This document shows positions 48,386 to 57,048 of a stretch of DNA of 58,170 bases, piece by piece. The position numbers and the translations under genes were made by a program. The notes beneath the pieces are model-generated. The model saw only the letters and a list, made by a program, of their open reading frames with translations. It did no database searches and was not told the origin of the DNA. Each line of letters opens with the position of its first letter. Positions within the stretch are counted from its first letter, which is position 1. Source of the DNA: a virus (lineage: Duplodnaviria > Caudoviricetes); the IMG/VR virus record IMGVR_UViG_3300010393_000011, positions 1 to 58,170 of that record, one strand, 5' to 3'.

Positions 48386-48537
48386 ATATTCTCTTTCAAT
48401 CAATAATATATTATTCAAATCATCAGCTACACCCCGATATATAATAATATATTCGGCATTGTCAAGGGCAAATTCCGTTTTTTTTATGGATTTTCTTATT
48501 CTATTTGACAACAACAAGTTAATAGGTCAAATATATT
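48386..48537. promoter_or_regulatory. Divergent immunity promoter/operator region
   Basis: AT-rich; TTGACA on - (48465-48460) and on + (48505-48510); inverted TATTTGAC/GTCAAATA at 48502-48533. Confidence 0.6.
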
Positions 48538-48990
48538 ATGCAAATGGCAGAAAATATTAGAAAGCAGTTTCTAAAGGGATTCGGAGCCCGTCTTTTAAAA
48601 CTCTATTCAGAGTCAAATTTTCGATCTTATGCTCACTTTGCAGATAAATTGCGAGAGACCGGCTTTGAAGTAACGAATGATACTGTTTCCAAATGGATGA
48701 GTAAGGAGCCCAGCGAACCAAGAGCATCGGCTATCGTGGCATTATCCAAAGTGTTGAATGTCTCAGCAGATTATCTATTGACTGGAAAAGAACCAGAGTC
48801 CAAAGATGAGAATTTAGCGAAGTTATTGAAGTATTTAAATGATATAAAAAACCAAGCAAACGATTTATCCGATCCCCGGTTACAGCAGTACGCCAGGAGA
48901 TTTGCGGCTCTTCCTGATAATCTGAGGGAAGCAGCGGAGCAGCTTCTTAGGGCTATGGAGGAGGTAGCCAAGAAAAAGCTGGAAGAATAG
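48538..48990 (+). CDS. XRE-family CI-like repressor without a peptidase domain
   Basis: FG.RL..L, TVSKW....EP, L.VS.DYLLTG; divergent from the early operon. Confidence 0.85.
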   Translation: MQMAENIRKQFLKGFGARLLKLYSESNFRSYAHFADKLRETGFEVTNDTVSKWMSKEPSEPRASAIVALSKVLNVSADYLLTGKEPESKDENLAKLLKYLNDIKNQANDLSDPRLQQYARRFAALPDNLREAAEQLLRAMEEVAKKKLEE

Positions 48991-49173
48991 ATGACCCAAC
49001 CATAGAACCACGATCGGGGATCATTATGTCGAACAAGTCCAATGTGCGGACACGGAAGGACTGCGTTTTAGGGTATGTTTTGTCATTGGCAGTATGTCAT
49101 GCAAATCTTAAAAAAAATCTAAAAACAAGAGTCATTTTGTAATCAAATGAAGATCACTTTAGGGGAGGTTTAG

Positions 49174-49830
49174 ATGAAAAGAATGTCATTTTTTGCAGTT
49201 CTAACCTTGTTTTTAGCTGTGCCCGTTTGTGGCCAGGATTACGCCGCGGAAGACCATCACTATGGTTTCCATTTTGGAGCGGCTTACTCGAATTTCCAGG
49301 ATGACAAGCTGGAAATTGAAATAATAGAACCTGACGATATAATCACTTTCTATCTGGGAGGCAGTTTATTCTTTTACGAAATATTTGCATTGGAGGTATC
49401 AGTCAGCTATGCCAAAGAATCTGTCTACGAGGTCGCTTCCGGAGCAGCTGTCAATTACGGCGACTTTACTCAATTTCCGATTTCAGTATCGGCAAAATTG
49501 TATAATAACCCGGAGGGAGGGAAAGTCCGGGCTTTCCTGGCGGCTGGCATGAGCTATTATTTTCTGGACTTCGACCAAAGTCAGTATCTCACAAATATAT
49601 ATTCTGATGTCTACGGGGTGACCGGAAAAGTAAAAGTTGAAAACGAACTGTCACCTTTTTTTGCAATAGGCATCGATATATTCATCTCCCACAATGCGGC
49701 AATAAGCTCCCAGATCAAATACACTTGGTTAAATCCGAGAGTTACGCTCCCGATCCCAATGATCTGGGATGAGCATCTAAAGGTTAACCCCTTCACTATC
49801 TCCCTGGGATTTTCTCTTTATGGCGGATAA
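49174..49830 (+). CDS. OmpW-like outer-membrane beta-barrel (moron)
   Basis: Signal peptide, amphipathic strands, C-terminal VNP....LG.S.Y. Confidence 0.75.
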   Translation: MKRMSFFAVLTLFLAVPVCGQDYAAEDHHYGFHFGAAYSNFQDDKLEIEIIEPDDIITFYLGGSLFFYEIFALEVSVSYAKESVYEVASGAAVNYGDFTQFPISVSAKLYNNPEGGKVRAFLAAGMSYYFLDFDQSQYLTNIYSDVYGVTGKVKVENELSPFFAIGIDIFISHNAAISSQIKYTWLNPRVTLPIPMIWDEHLKVNPFTISLGFSLYGG

Positions 49831-49891
49831 AACAAGGTGTAATTTGCGAGAACAAATGAGCCAACACAAAACTCTTCAGAAAGGAGTGAAT

Positions 49892-50128
49892 ATGGCAGAT
49901 TTCGAAGTTCGGATCCTTAATCACGACCTGGAACCGATTCAAGGCGTCAGAGTCAGACTGGAATTCACACCACTCACAAGAGGTATGACCGGCGAAGAGT
50001 ACACTGACTCAGACGGGGTGGCAATGTTCTCCGGTTTTGATGAAGGTGAAGTCAATGTCTATGTGGATCACAGCGATTACGGCAGCTATCGATACGAAGA
50101 CGGAGGCAGCATAACAATCACAAAATGA
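49892..50128 (+). CDS. Small beta-sandwich protein (carboxypeptidase-regulatory-like)
   Basis: AAAGGAG RBS; PI.GV.V, YTDSDG.A.F. Confidence 0.6.
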   Translation: MADFEVRILNHDLEPIQGVRVRLEFTPLTRGMTGEEYTDSDGVAMFSGFDEGEVNVYVDHSDYGSYRYEDGGSITITK

Positions 50129-50284
50129 GCAATTCTCTGCTTCCCCGCAGCGGAGACCTGAGGACCGATAAAGGGAGGGAGGCTTTTGCAGGCCTCCCTG
50201 CCGAAGATAGGCAGAAATAATGGATGGAGATTACAAAAGAAGACCGCAAGAAACAGCAATTTCATTTATGTGACGGTGGTAGTT

Positions 50285-50317
50285 TTGACTTGCATTCCCG
50301 CACGAAACTGATAAATT
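50285..50317 (+). promoter_or_regulatory. Possible sigma70 promoter of the five-gene cassette
   Basis: TTGCAT-N16-TAAATT with extended TGn. Confidence 0.35.
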
Positions 50318-50403
50318 GATAACGTGGTGCTGCTGGCTTCAGAGGGAAATAAGAGCCGACTTCTTTTGGTCATCCTGATATTTTTAGAGCTTAGGCATAG
50401 ATT

Positions 50404-51507
50404 ATGAAAAGACTAATTTACATTCTTAGAGACAATAATATTGAATGTCTTCCTAATGAGCGCTTCACACTCGATGTAGAAATGTTTCCAGAATACAGTG
50501 AGGAACCCGTGTTCCCCAAGCAGGTATTATTCGAATCTCCCAAATTGAAAGCCGGAAAGAAATCAGTTCCTGAAGGCGTGCATTCTATGTTTCGATACTT
50601 TCTTGATGGTTCCCAGCGCTCACACCGCGTCATTGATGCCAGTTTCGGGAGTCATTATCTTCCAATATGTGCCGGCCAAATCGGAGTGGCCGTTCTCGAG
50701 AGATTGGATTCTGGCCGCATGGTCCCCCGGAAGGATCTAACCCGAGTCGAAAACATACTTGCAGTTCCCAATGTGATCGGGCAGGATAACGCAAAGGACC
50801 TTGAGCAGAAAATCAACAAGGAAATGTCGAAAAATGATCACTTCCGCATAGTGCGTTATGATTACCAAACGAAAGATGATAAAGATCCCGCAGACCTCGG
50901 AAGAGCGATGATCATCCATGAAATGCAGATGCTCGAATTGCGCACCATTAGGGACATGATCACTAATCAGGCAATCCAAGAGGATAAGATGTTGGCAAAG
51001 GACGGAGGCCTTCAATATCGCGACACTAAAATCAAAGATCTGAATCTCTCAAAAGATGACCTCGTCCAATTGAGAAATGTGATCGGCTTAGCGAAGACAT
51101 TTAAGCCTAACATGACGGTCGGTCAGGGGCGGGGTCGCCAAGATCTTGGCAATTTGACCAAAGGTCTTGATTGGAAAGAACGAACGACTGTCATAAGTCC
51201 AAATAAAGATGAGATAACAGCTCATGGCTGGTGGTACCTTCGCCTTCGACCGCGTGAGAAAGTCTATAGTCCGCTCCAGGGAATCGCCAAAATAGAAGTA
51301 TTTGCCTCTGATGAAGAAAAAGAGAATGATGGGATTGCTGAAGCACGAGCCGATACCATTTCTTCATACGTCTTGCGAGAGCGCAATGTCACTGCTTATA
51401 ATGCTGATAAACGCTGGGCGAGTCATATTTATCCGATATTTTTAGCCGAGACATATTTGCGTTCTTCTTTTCTCAGTCATGAAAGATTTAAAGCAATGAT
51501 TATTTGA
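50404..51507 (+). CDS. NurA-like RNase H-fold nuclease
   Basis: YFLDGSQR, EMQ.LE, AKDGGL, IG.AKTF, WYLRLR, YPI..AE.Y; upstream of HerA. Confidence 0.75.
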   Translation: MKRLIYILRDNNIECLPNERFTLDVEMFPEYSEEPVFPKQVLFESPKLKAGKKSVPEGVHSMFRYFLDGSQRSHRVIDASFGSHYLPICAGQIGVAVLERLDSGRMVPRKDLTRVENILAVPNVIGQDNAKDLEQKINKEMSKNDHFRIVRYDYQTKDDKDPADLGRAMIIHEMQMLELRTIRDMITNQAIQEDKMLAKDGGLQYRDTKIKDLNLSKDDLVQLRNVIGLAKTFKPNMTVGQGRGRQDLGNLTKGLDWKERTTVISPNKDEITAHGWWYLRLRPREKVYSPLQGIAKIEVFASDEEKENDGIAEARADTISSYVLRERNVTAYNADKRWASHIYPIFLAETYLRSSFLSHERFKAMII

Positions 51508-51520
51508 AAGGGGAAATCCC

Positions 51521-53209
51521 ATGCCCGAAAAAGAATGTATCGGAAAGGTCACCGCGACCGAAAGCAAACCAACCACCTGTACCAGCGTTTACTTCTGGCT
51601 AAGTCCGGATGTTATCATTCGCCCCTTTGACCTCGTGAGGATTGGACACATCTCCGGAGATGGAAACAAAAAAAGCTACTCATATGCAATAGTTCGGGAA
51701 CTCAGCTACATCACAGATAGCGTAGGCCACCTGGCAAATTACGTCTCTTCCGATTTCGGTGATATTAATGCGCATCCGATCAATGAACGGCTTGGAACCA
51801 CGATTGCTGAGGCGGATGTTCTCGGGAACAGCCAGAATATCGAGATGCCGATTCGAGACGGTGCGCGTGTAGAATGGGCGGGACCTGAGGAAATTAGAAG
51901 CGCCCTGGGAGTCGAAAATCTTATAAAGCCTATTCCTGGAGGCTATATTCGTACTTCGAACAAAGAGGAAATCCGCATTGATTTCGAGGCCCGATATCTC
52001 GTTGGCCCCGAGGCAGCTCACATAAACATTTCTGGAATCTCTGGTTTGGCAAGCAAAACATCTTACGCAATGTTTCTTTTAAGCGCATTACAGCAACGTA
52101 TGCAAGACGAAGTAAGCATCATTCTATTCAATGTCAAAGGCCCTGATTTGCTGGCCGTTGATCAGCCGAATGCCTCGATGAGTGAGACACACCAGCAGGA
52201 CTGGAGAAAATGCGGTCTTGAACCGCGGCCACTTGAAAACGTCACCTATCTCTATCCCTATGCCAAGCGTCCGGACCGCTTCTTTACTTCAAGCCATGCC
52301 CCCAATGACGTTATTCAATTTCAAATTGAGCAAAACCAGGCTTTCAATTATTACTACGACGTAGAAACATTTAAGGGTGGTGAAGAAGGCAGTGAGACTG
52401 ATGTTGGACGCGATAAGATGTCGCTTCTCTTTTCTGACATTGATGATCCACAATCTACCATGGAAAGCTGTATTCATGAACTCGGAGAGATTCAAGCGGA
52501 GACGTGGGAGAAACTGAGAGAAGAAATCCATGCCAAAACTGAGAAAGGGCAAACCGGACGAAAAGAGATCTCGGTTCAATCCTGGCGCAAATTCAGTCGG
52601 CTAATTCGAACACGAACCACCCATGACATTTTCTCGTCCAATTATTATGGTGAGGACCGGCGCCAAAAGCTCATTGTGGATGCAATTAAGGATTTGAGGC
52701 CCGGAGGAATTCTTGTTGTGGATATCGCTCCCTTACCTGATTATCTTCAATGCTTGGTTTTTGGAGATGTAATCCGAACCGTTTTTGATGCAAAACTCGA
52801 TCTATACGAGAACATTAAAAAAGAAGATTTGGGAAGAGTTGTCATCTTTGCAGATGAATTAAATAAATACGCACCTTCCACATCCGGATCCCGGGATAGG
52901 ACTCTCACCCGCTGGCTTCTGGAAATAACTGAACGAGGACGTTCGCTCGGAGTAGTCCTATTTGGTGCAGAGCAGTTCAGAAGTGCTATTCATTCCCGGG
53001 TGCTCGGAAATTGCAGCACGGACGTATTCGGTAGAACAAATCCTGTTGAGCTCTCGAAGGCCCCAGACTACAGGCTATTCTCGCAATCCAATAAAGCTAC
53101 TGTTACAAGACTCAACCAGGGTCAAATGCTGCTTCAGCATTCTGTATTTAATACTGCATTAATAAAGGTTCGTTTCCCATATCCAGCTTATCGGCAGCTG
53201 CAGAGGTAA
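51521..53209 (+). CDS. herA: HerA-family ATPase
   Basis: N-terminal HAS-barrel-like region, HINISGISGLASKT, FNVKG, FADELNKY, ERGRSLG, GAEQ. Confidence 0.85.
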   Translation: MPEKECIGKVTATESKPTTCTSVYFWLSPDVIIRPFDLVRIGHISGDGNKKSYSYAIVRELSYITDSVGHLANYVSSDFGDINAHPINERLGTTIAEADVLGNSQNIEMPIRDGARVEWAGPEEIRSALGVENLIKPIPGGYIRTSNKEEIRIDFEARYLVGPEAAHINISGISGLASKTSYAMFLLSALQQRMQDEVSIILFNVKGPDLLAVDQPNASMSETHQQDWRKCGLEPRPLENVTYLYPYAKRPDRFFTSSHAPNDVIQFQIEQNQAFNYYYDVETFKGGEEGSETDVGRDKMSLLFSDIDDPQSTMESCIHELGEIQAETWEKLREEIHAKTEKGQTGRKEISVQSWRKFSRLIRTRTTHDIFSSNYYGEDRRQKLIVDAIKDLRPGGILVVDIAPLPDYLQCLVFGDVIRTVFDAKLDLYENIKKEDLGRVVIFADELNKYAPSTSGSRDRTLTRWLLEITERGRSLGVVLFGAEQFRSAIHSRVLGNCSTDVFGRTNPVELSKAPDYRLFSQSNKATVTRLNQGQMLLQHSVFNTALIKVRFPYPAYRQLQR

Positions 53210-53211
53210 AT

Positions 53212-54780
53212 ATGATGTCCTCAAATTCTGAAAAAATGCCAAAGATAGGGGCATTCGTTCTTGAGACCCTAACCACCGGGATGTACACTAATTCTCTTGA
53301 TACGCTTAGGGAATATATACAGAATTCGTTCGATTCGATCCGCGAATCCGAACGAAGCAACAAATTGACATATGGAGCTGGTCGAATAGATCTCACAATA
53401 GATGAAAAGAGCCGAATTCTCAAATTGCGTGATAACGGATTGGGCATTCCTAAAAATGAGGTGAAATCCCGGCTTGTTAATATTGGAATGTCTTCAAAGA
53501 CTATCCAGCATTATGCAGGCTTTCGCGGAATAGGGCGACTTGCTGGAATTGCATATTGCGACAGGCTTATTTTCACAACCCAGGCAAAAGATGAAAACGA
53601 ATTTTCGCGAGTGGTATTTAACTGCCGAGAACTGCGCAACGCTATGTCTCCAAAATTAAAGCAAATTAGCGAATTGGCTGAGGTGATAAATGAGCATGCA
53701 TCTGTCACTAACGAGAAGACACGCAATAGAGGACATTTCTTTGAAGTTTTAATGGAGGGGATCAATGAGGCCGGACAGTCATTTCTGGACTGGAAGATTA
53801 TCGAAAATTACCTCAGCCAGATAGCTCCGGTCGGTCTTGATACACAATCCTTCTATCACGCAGGTGAAATCATTCAATGGCTGAAAAAGCGAAATATCGA
53901 CGTTCCGACGGTGAGCATAACAATCAATGCAGGATTAATGAAGCGCCAGGTTTTTAAACCGTATCGCAAGCTGACATATACGACCGCACAGGAGAAACAC
54001 AAAATACATTTGAAGAAGATACGTTTTTTCCCCGATGACGCTGGACCTGATTCTCCCTTCTGGGGTTGGTATGCTGAAACCAATTGCCCCGGCACAATTG
54101 GAGACGAGAGGGTTGCAGGAATTCGATTGCGAAAAGATAATATCGGCATTGGTATGGCGGAAAATATGACAAAGATCTTTGCTGAAGCTTCTGAAAGCTA
54201 CGCTCGACTCAATAAGTACTTCATGGGTGAGATCCATATTCAGGACCCGAATATTATACCAAATGCAAGGCGGGATGGATTTGAGGAGGGTCCGGAATGG
54301 TTGAAAGTTCGCCAATCGTTGGTTGAGTTCGCGAAGGAAAGAAGCCGAGAAGCATACCATTTATCACAAGCACGTAATTTGGACATTGAGAGGCTGCTTG
54401 GGGCTGCCAAGAGAGAGAAGGAATCTGCTCAAAAGAGAAAAAAGACTGGGTTGGCCTCCAAGGAGGAAAAAGAAAAGGTTCTTGGCAAGCTCGATAGGCA
54501 AATAGCGAAGCTCGAGGCTGCAAAAAAGTCTGATCGAGATGAGAATGAGCGGAAGCAGATAGATCGCACTTATAAAGAACTTCAAAATACCAGGCAGGCA
54601 ATCGAAAACGAAACCCATTATGTGGCTCAGAATCTGAATTCAGCTCTGGATAAAAAGCAGAGGAAAATTATATCTGAAATAATCGGAATTCTTTATGATG
54701 TGTTGGACGATGGATCATTCGAGAAGGCCCGTGCTGCGATCCTGGCAAAATATCAAATCCCAAACAAGAAGAGAGAGTAA
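53212..54780 (+). CDS. GHKL (HATPase_c_3/MORC-like) ATPase with coiled-coil tail
   Basis: LREYIQNSFD, DNGLGI, IG.S.K, GFRGIGRL, GEIH...PN.RRD.F. Confidence 0.88.
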   Translation: MMSSNSEKMPKIGAFVLETLTTGMYTNSLDTLREYIQNSFDSIRESERSNKLTYGAGRIDLTIDEKSRILKLRDNGLGIPKNEVKSRLVNIGMSSKTIQHYAGFRGIGRLAGIAYCDRLIFTTQAKDENEFSRVVFNCRELRNAMSPKLKQISELAEVINEHASVTNEKTRNRGHFFEVLMEGINEAGQSFLDWKIIENYLSQIAPVGLDTQSFYHAGEIIQWLKKRNIDVPTVSITINAGLMKRQVFKPYRKLTYTTAQEKHKIHLKKIRFFPDDAGPDSPFWGWYAETNCPGTIGDERVAGIRLRKDNIGIGMAENMTKIFAEASESYARLNKYFMGEIHIQDPNIIPNARRDGFEEGPEWLKVRQSLVEFAKERSREAYHLSQARNLDIERLLGAAKREKESAQKRKKTGLASKEEKEKVLGKLDRQIAKLEAAKKSDRDENERKQIDRTYKELQNTRQAIENETHYVAQNLNSALDKKQRKIISEIIGILYDVLDDGSFEKARAAILAKYQIPNKKRE

Positions 54781-56195
54781 TGCGAAATATACTCCTTGCG
54801 GAACCCGACTATAGATCGAAATTTCCACCTCTTGGGTTGATGAGATTATCCACGTATCATAAGAGTGAGGGAGATAATGTTACCTTTGTCCGCGGAAGAA
54901 ATCCGGATTTGCGGTCGGTAAATTGGCACCGCATTTATATCTCATCGCTTTACACATGGGAATTGCCGCGCACATTGAAGACGATCAAGTACTATGGCAC
55001 TGCCGTAAATAATCCGAAGGATATCATCGTGGGCGGGACAGCTGTGACTCTTCTTCCACAATACATTCGAAGCAAGACAAATGTAACAGTTATTGAGGGC
55101 CTGCTGGATAGACCAAACATGCTTGGTATAGGATCAAAGGCCATCGCTAAACTCATTCCCGATTATTCTATCATAGAGGCAGTGCCGGATTATGAATATT
55201 TCCCAGCAGATGCTTATTTTACCAAGATCACCAAAGGCTGTATACGCTCCTGTAAATTTTGCGCTGTGCCCATATTGGAAAGAAAATTCGGGTTCTTAAA
55301 GGATCTAAGAAGACAAATTGAAGATGTCAATGAAAGGCATGGGGAGAAGCAGAATCTTGTCGTGATGGATAATAATATTCTTGGTATTGACAGAATCCAA
55401 TCAATCTTCGATGATATAGCAAAGGTCGGCTTTGCCGCAGGTGCAATGAAAAACGGTAAAAAGCGGTCAGTCGACTTTAATCAGGGATTGGACGCGCGCC
55501 TGATTAATAAGGATCCGTCGCTTGCTGAAGGATTAGCCAGTATATGCACTTCTCCCGTCCGACTGGCGTTCGATTTTGTTGGCATGGAACGGCCATATCG
55601 GCGTGCGATTAAGATTCTCAGGCAGAACGGGTTCAATGAATTCACAAATTATATGCTCTTCAACTTCAAAGATGCCCCAGAAGATCTGTACAGACGAATT
55701 TGGATAAATGCGGAACTGAATTCCGAATTGGGAATCAGGATCACCGGATTCCCGATGAGATTCATACCCATGGATGATATAAAGAGAAACCATATAGCTA
55801 AAAAATGGAAATGGAGATATTTAAGAGGCATCCAGTGTGTTCTCTTAGCAACCCGGGGGCTTATAAGTCCAAATCGCGAATTCACCCGGGCTGCTTTCGG
55901 GAGTTCTTTCAATGAATTTCTTGAGATTCTTTCCATGCCGGATAGATACATTATTTACAGGGAGGACTATAGGAATAATGGCGCTGATCAATGGCGCCGG
56001 CTCTTCCGGAGGCTCCGCCCACATAAGAGGGAGGAATTTCTGAATCTTCTCGAAGAGTTAAACAAGAGCTATCGCGATAGAAAAAAACGGATTGCAAAAT
56101 TCAATGGGCTATTTGGAAAGCTGCTGGAGCATTACTATCCAAATGGCGAAACGCCCCAGCGAAAGCCTAAACAAGACAGCCATTTCCAAGTTTGA
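54780..56195 (+). CDS. Radical SAM protein with B12-binding-like N-terminal domain
   Basis: ILL.EP....FPPLGLM.LS, GG...TL, TKGCIRSCKFC, MDNN, DFNQGLDAR. Confidence 0.88.
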   Translation: MRNILLAEPDYRSKFPPLGLMRLSTYHKSEGDNVTFVRGRNPDLRSVNWHRIYISSLYTWELPRTLKTIKYYGTAVNNPKDIIVGGTAVTLLPQYIRSKTNVTVIEGLLDRPNMLGIGSKAIAKLIPDYSIIEAVPDYEYFPADAYFTKITKGCIRSCKFCAVPILERKFGFLKDLRRQIEDVNERHGEKQNLVVMDNNILGIDRIQSIFDDIAKVGFAAGAMKNGKKRSVDFNQGLDARLINKDPSLAEGLASICTSPVRLAFDFVGMERPYRRAIKILRQNGFNEFTNYMLFNFKDAPEDLYRRIWINAELNSELGIRITGFPMRFIPMDDIKRNHIAKKWKWRYLRGIQCVLLATRGLISPNREFTRAAFGSSFNEFLEILSMPDRYIIYREDYRNNGADQWRRLFRRLRPHKREEFLNLLEELNKSYRDRKKRIAKFNGLFGKLLEHYYPNGETPQRKPKQDSHFQV

Positions 56196-56199
56196 TCAG

Positions 56200-56853
56200 A
56201 TGCTCTATATTTTTTTGGATGAAAGTGGAAACTTCGATTTTTCAGGGAGAGAGGGTCGGCAGTATTTTATCATTACGGGCCTGTCTGTTTTCCGCCCGTT
56301 TCCCTGCTTTGAGGAGCTTCTTGAATATCGACATGACTTGTGGGAGTCCGGTCAAGAAATAGAATACTTTCATGCAAATAATGATCAGCCTCACGTTAGA
56401 AAAAAAGTGTTTGAAATTATATGCAAACAATTAGGTAAACTCCAGGCGGACTCAATAATCTTAGAAAAACGAAAAACATACCCGCAGCTCCAGAAGGATC
56501 GCGAGAGATTCTATAAAACATTTCTCGGCATTCTGCTCAAATATATCCTTAAGGGTCATACCTGGCATAATATAAAGGATATAGTAATGATACACGATCG
56601 ACTTGCACCAGAAAAGAGAAAGAGGCTCTCGGACGCGATAAAGGATGCCCTCTTTTTTTGGGCGGACGACGTCGACGGCAATTATTATATAAATTTCATC
56701 CAGTCCAAAGCCAGCTTTCTTTTGCAGATTGTGGATTATATAAACTGGGCTATAGCCCGAAAATGGGAATATGGCGATCAGAGTTTTTATGACCTAATCC
56801 AGCCGTGTATTAAGAGTGAACGTGATATCTTCAACTGGTGGAAGTACAAATAA
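56200..56853 (+). CDS. DUF3800 family RNase H-like protein
   Basis: YIFLDESG, YFHA, LQIVDY..WA; start reassigned to ATG 56200. Confidence 0.85.
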   Translation: MLYIFLDESGNFDFSGREGRQYFIITGLSVFRPFPCFEELLEYRHDLWESGQEIEYFHANNDQPHVRKKVFEIICKQLGKLQADSIILEKRKTYPQLQKDRERFYKTFLGILLKYILKGHTWHNIKDIVMIHDRLAPEKRKRLSDAIKDALFFWADDVDGNYYINFIQSKASFLLQIVDYINWAIARKWEYGDQSFYDLIQPCIKSERDIFNWWKYK

Positions 56854-56856
56854 AAT

Positions 56857-56905
56857 GGCCCTGACTACCTTTCGGGTGCCACAAAGGGCAAACATCATCA
56901 GGGCC
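56857..56905 (+). ncRNA. Candidate DUF3800-associated structured RNA
   Basis: GGCCCTGA/TCAGGGCC outer stem enclosing two small hairpins, 3 nt after the stop, no U-tract. Confidence 0.5.
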
Positions 56906-57048
56906 GGAACAATAACTTTTCAATCAGTACGACGTCGTCTATATATAATAACGGAAATAAATCCAAATGTTCAAGTATTTTTTAGTAATTTTTTATGAAA
57001 TTTTTATGGAAAATGCAAGTCTTTGAAAGAAAGCAGGTTGACTGATAC

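Noticed and set aside
50176-50199. Hairpin AGGGAGGC/GCCTCCCT as a terminator
   Set aside because: No U-tract on the sense strand; function unsupported
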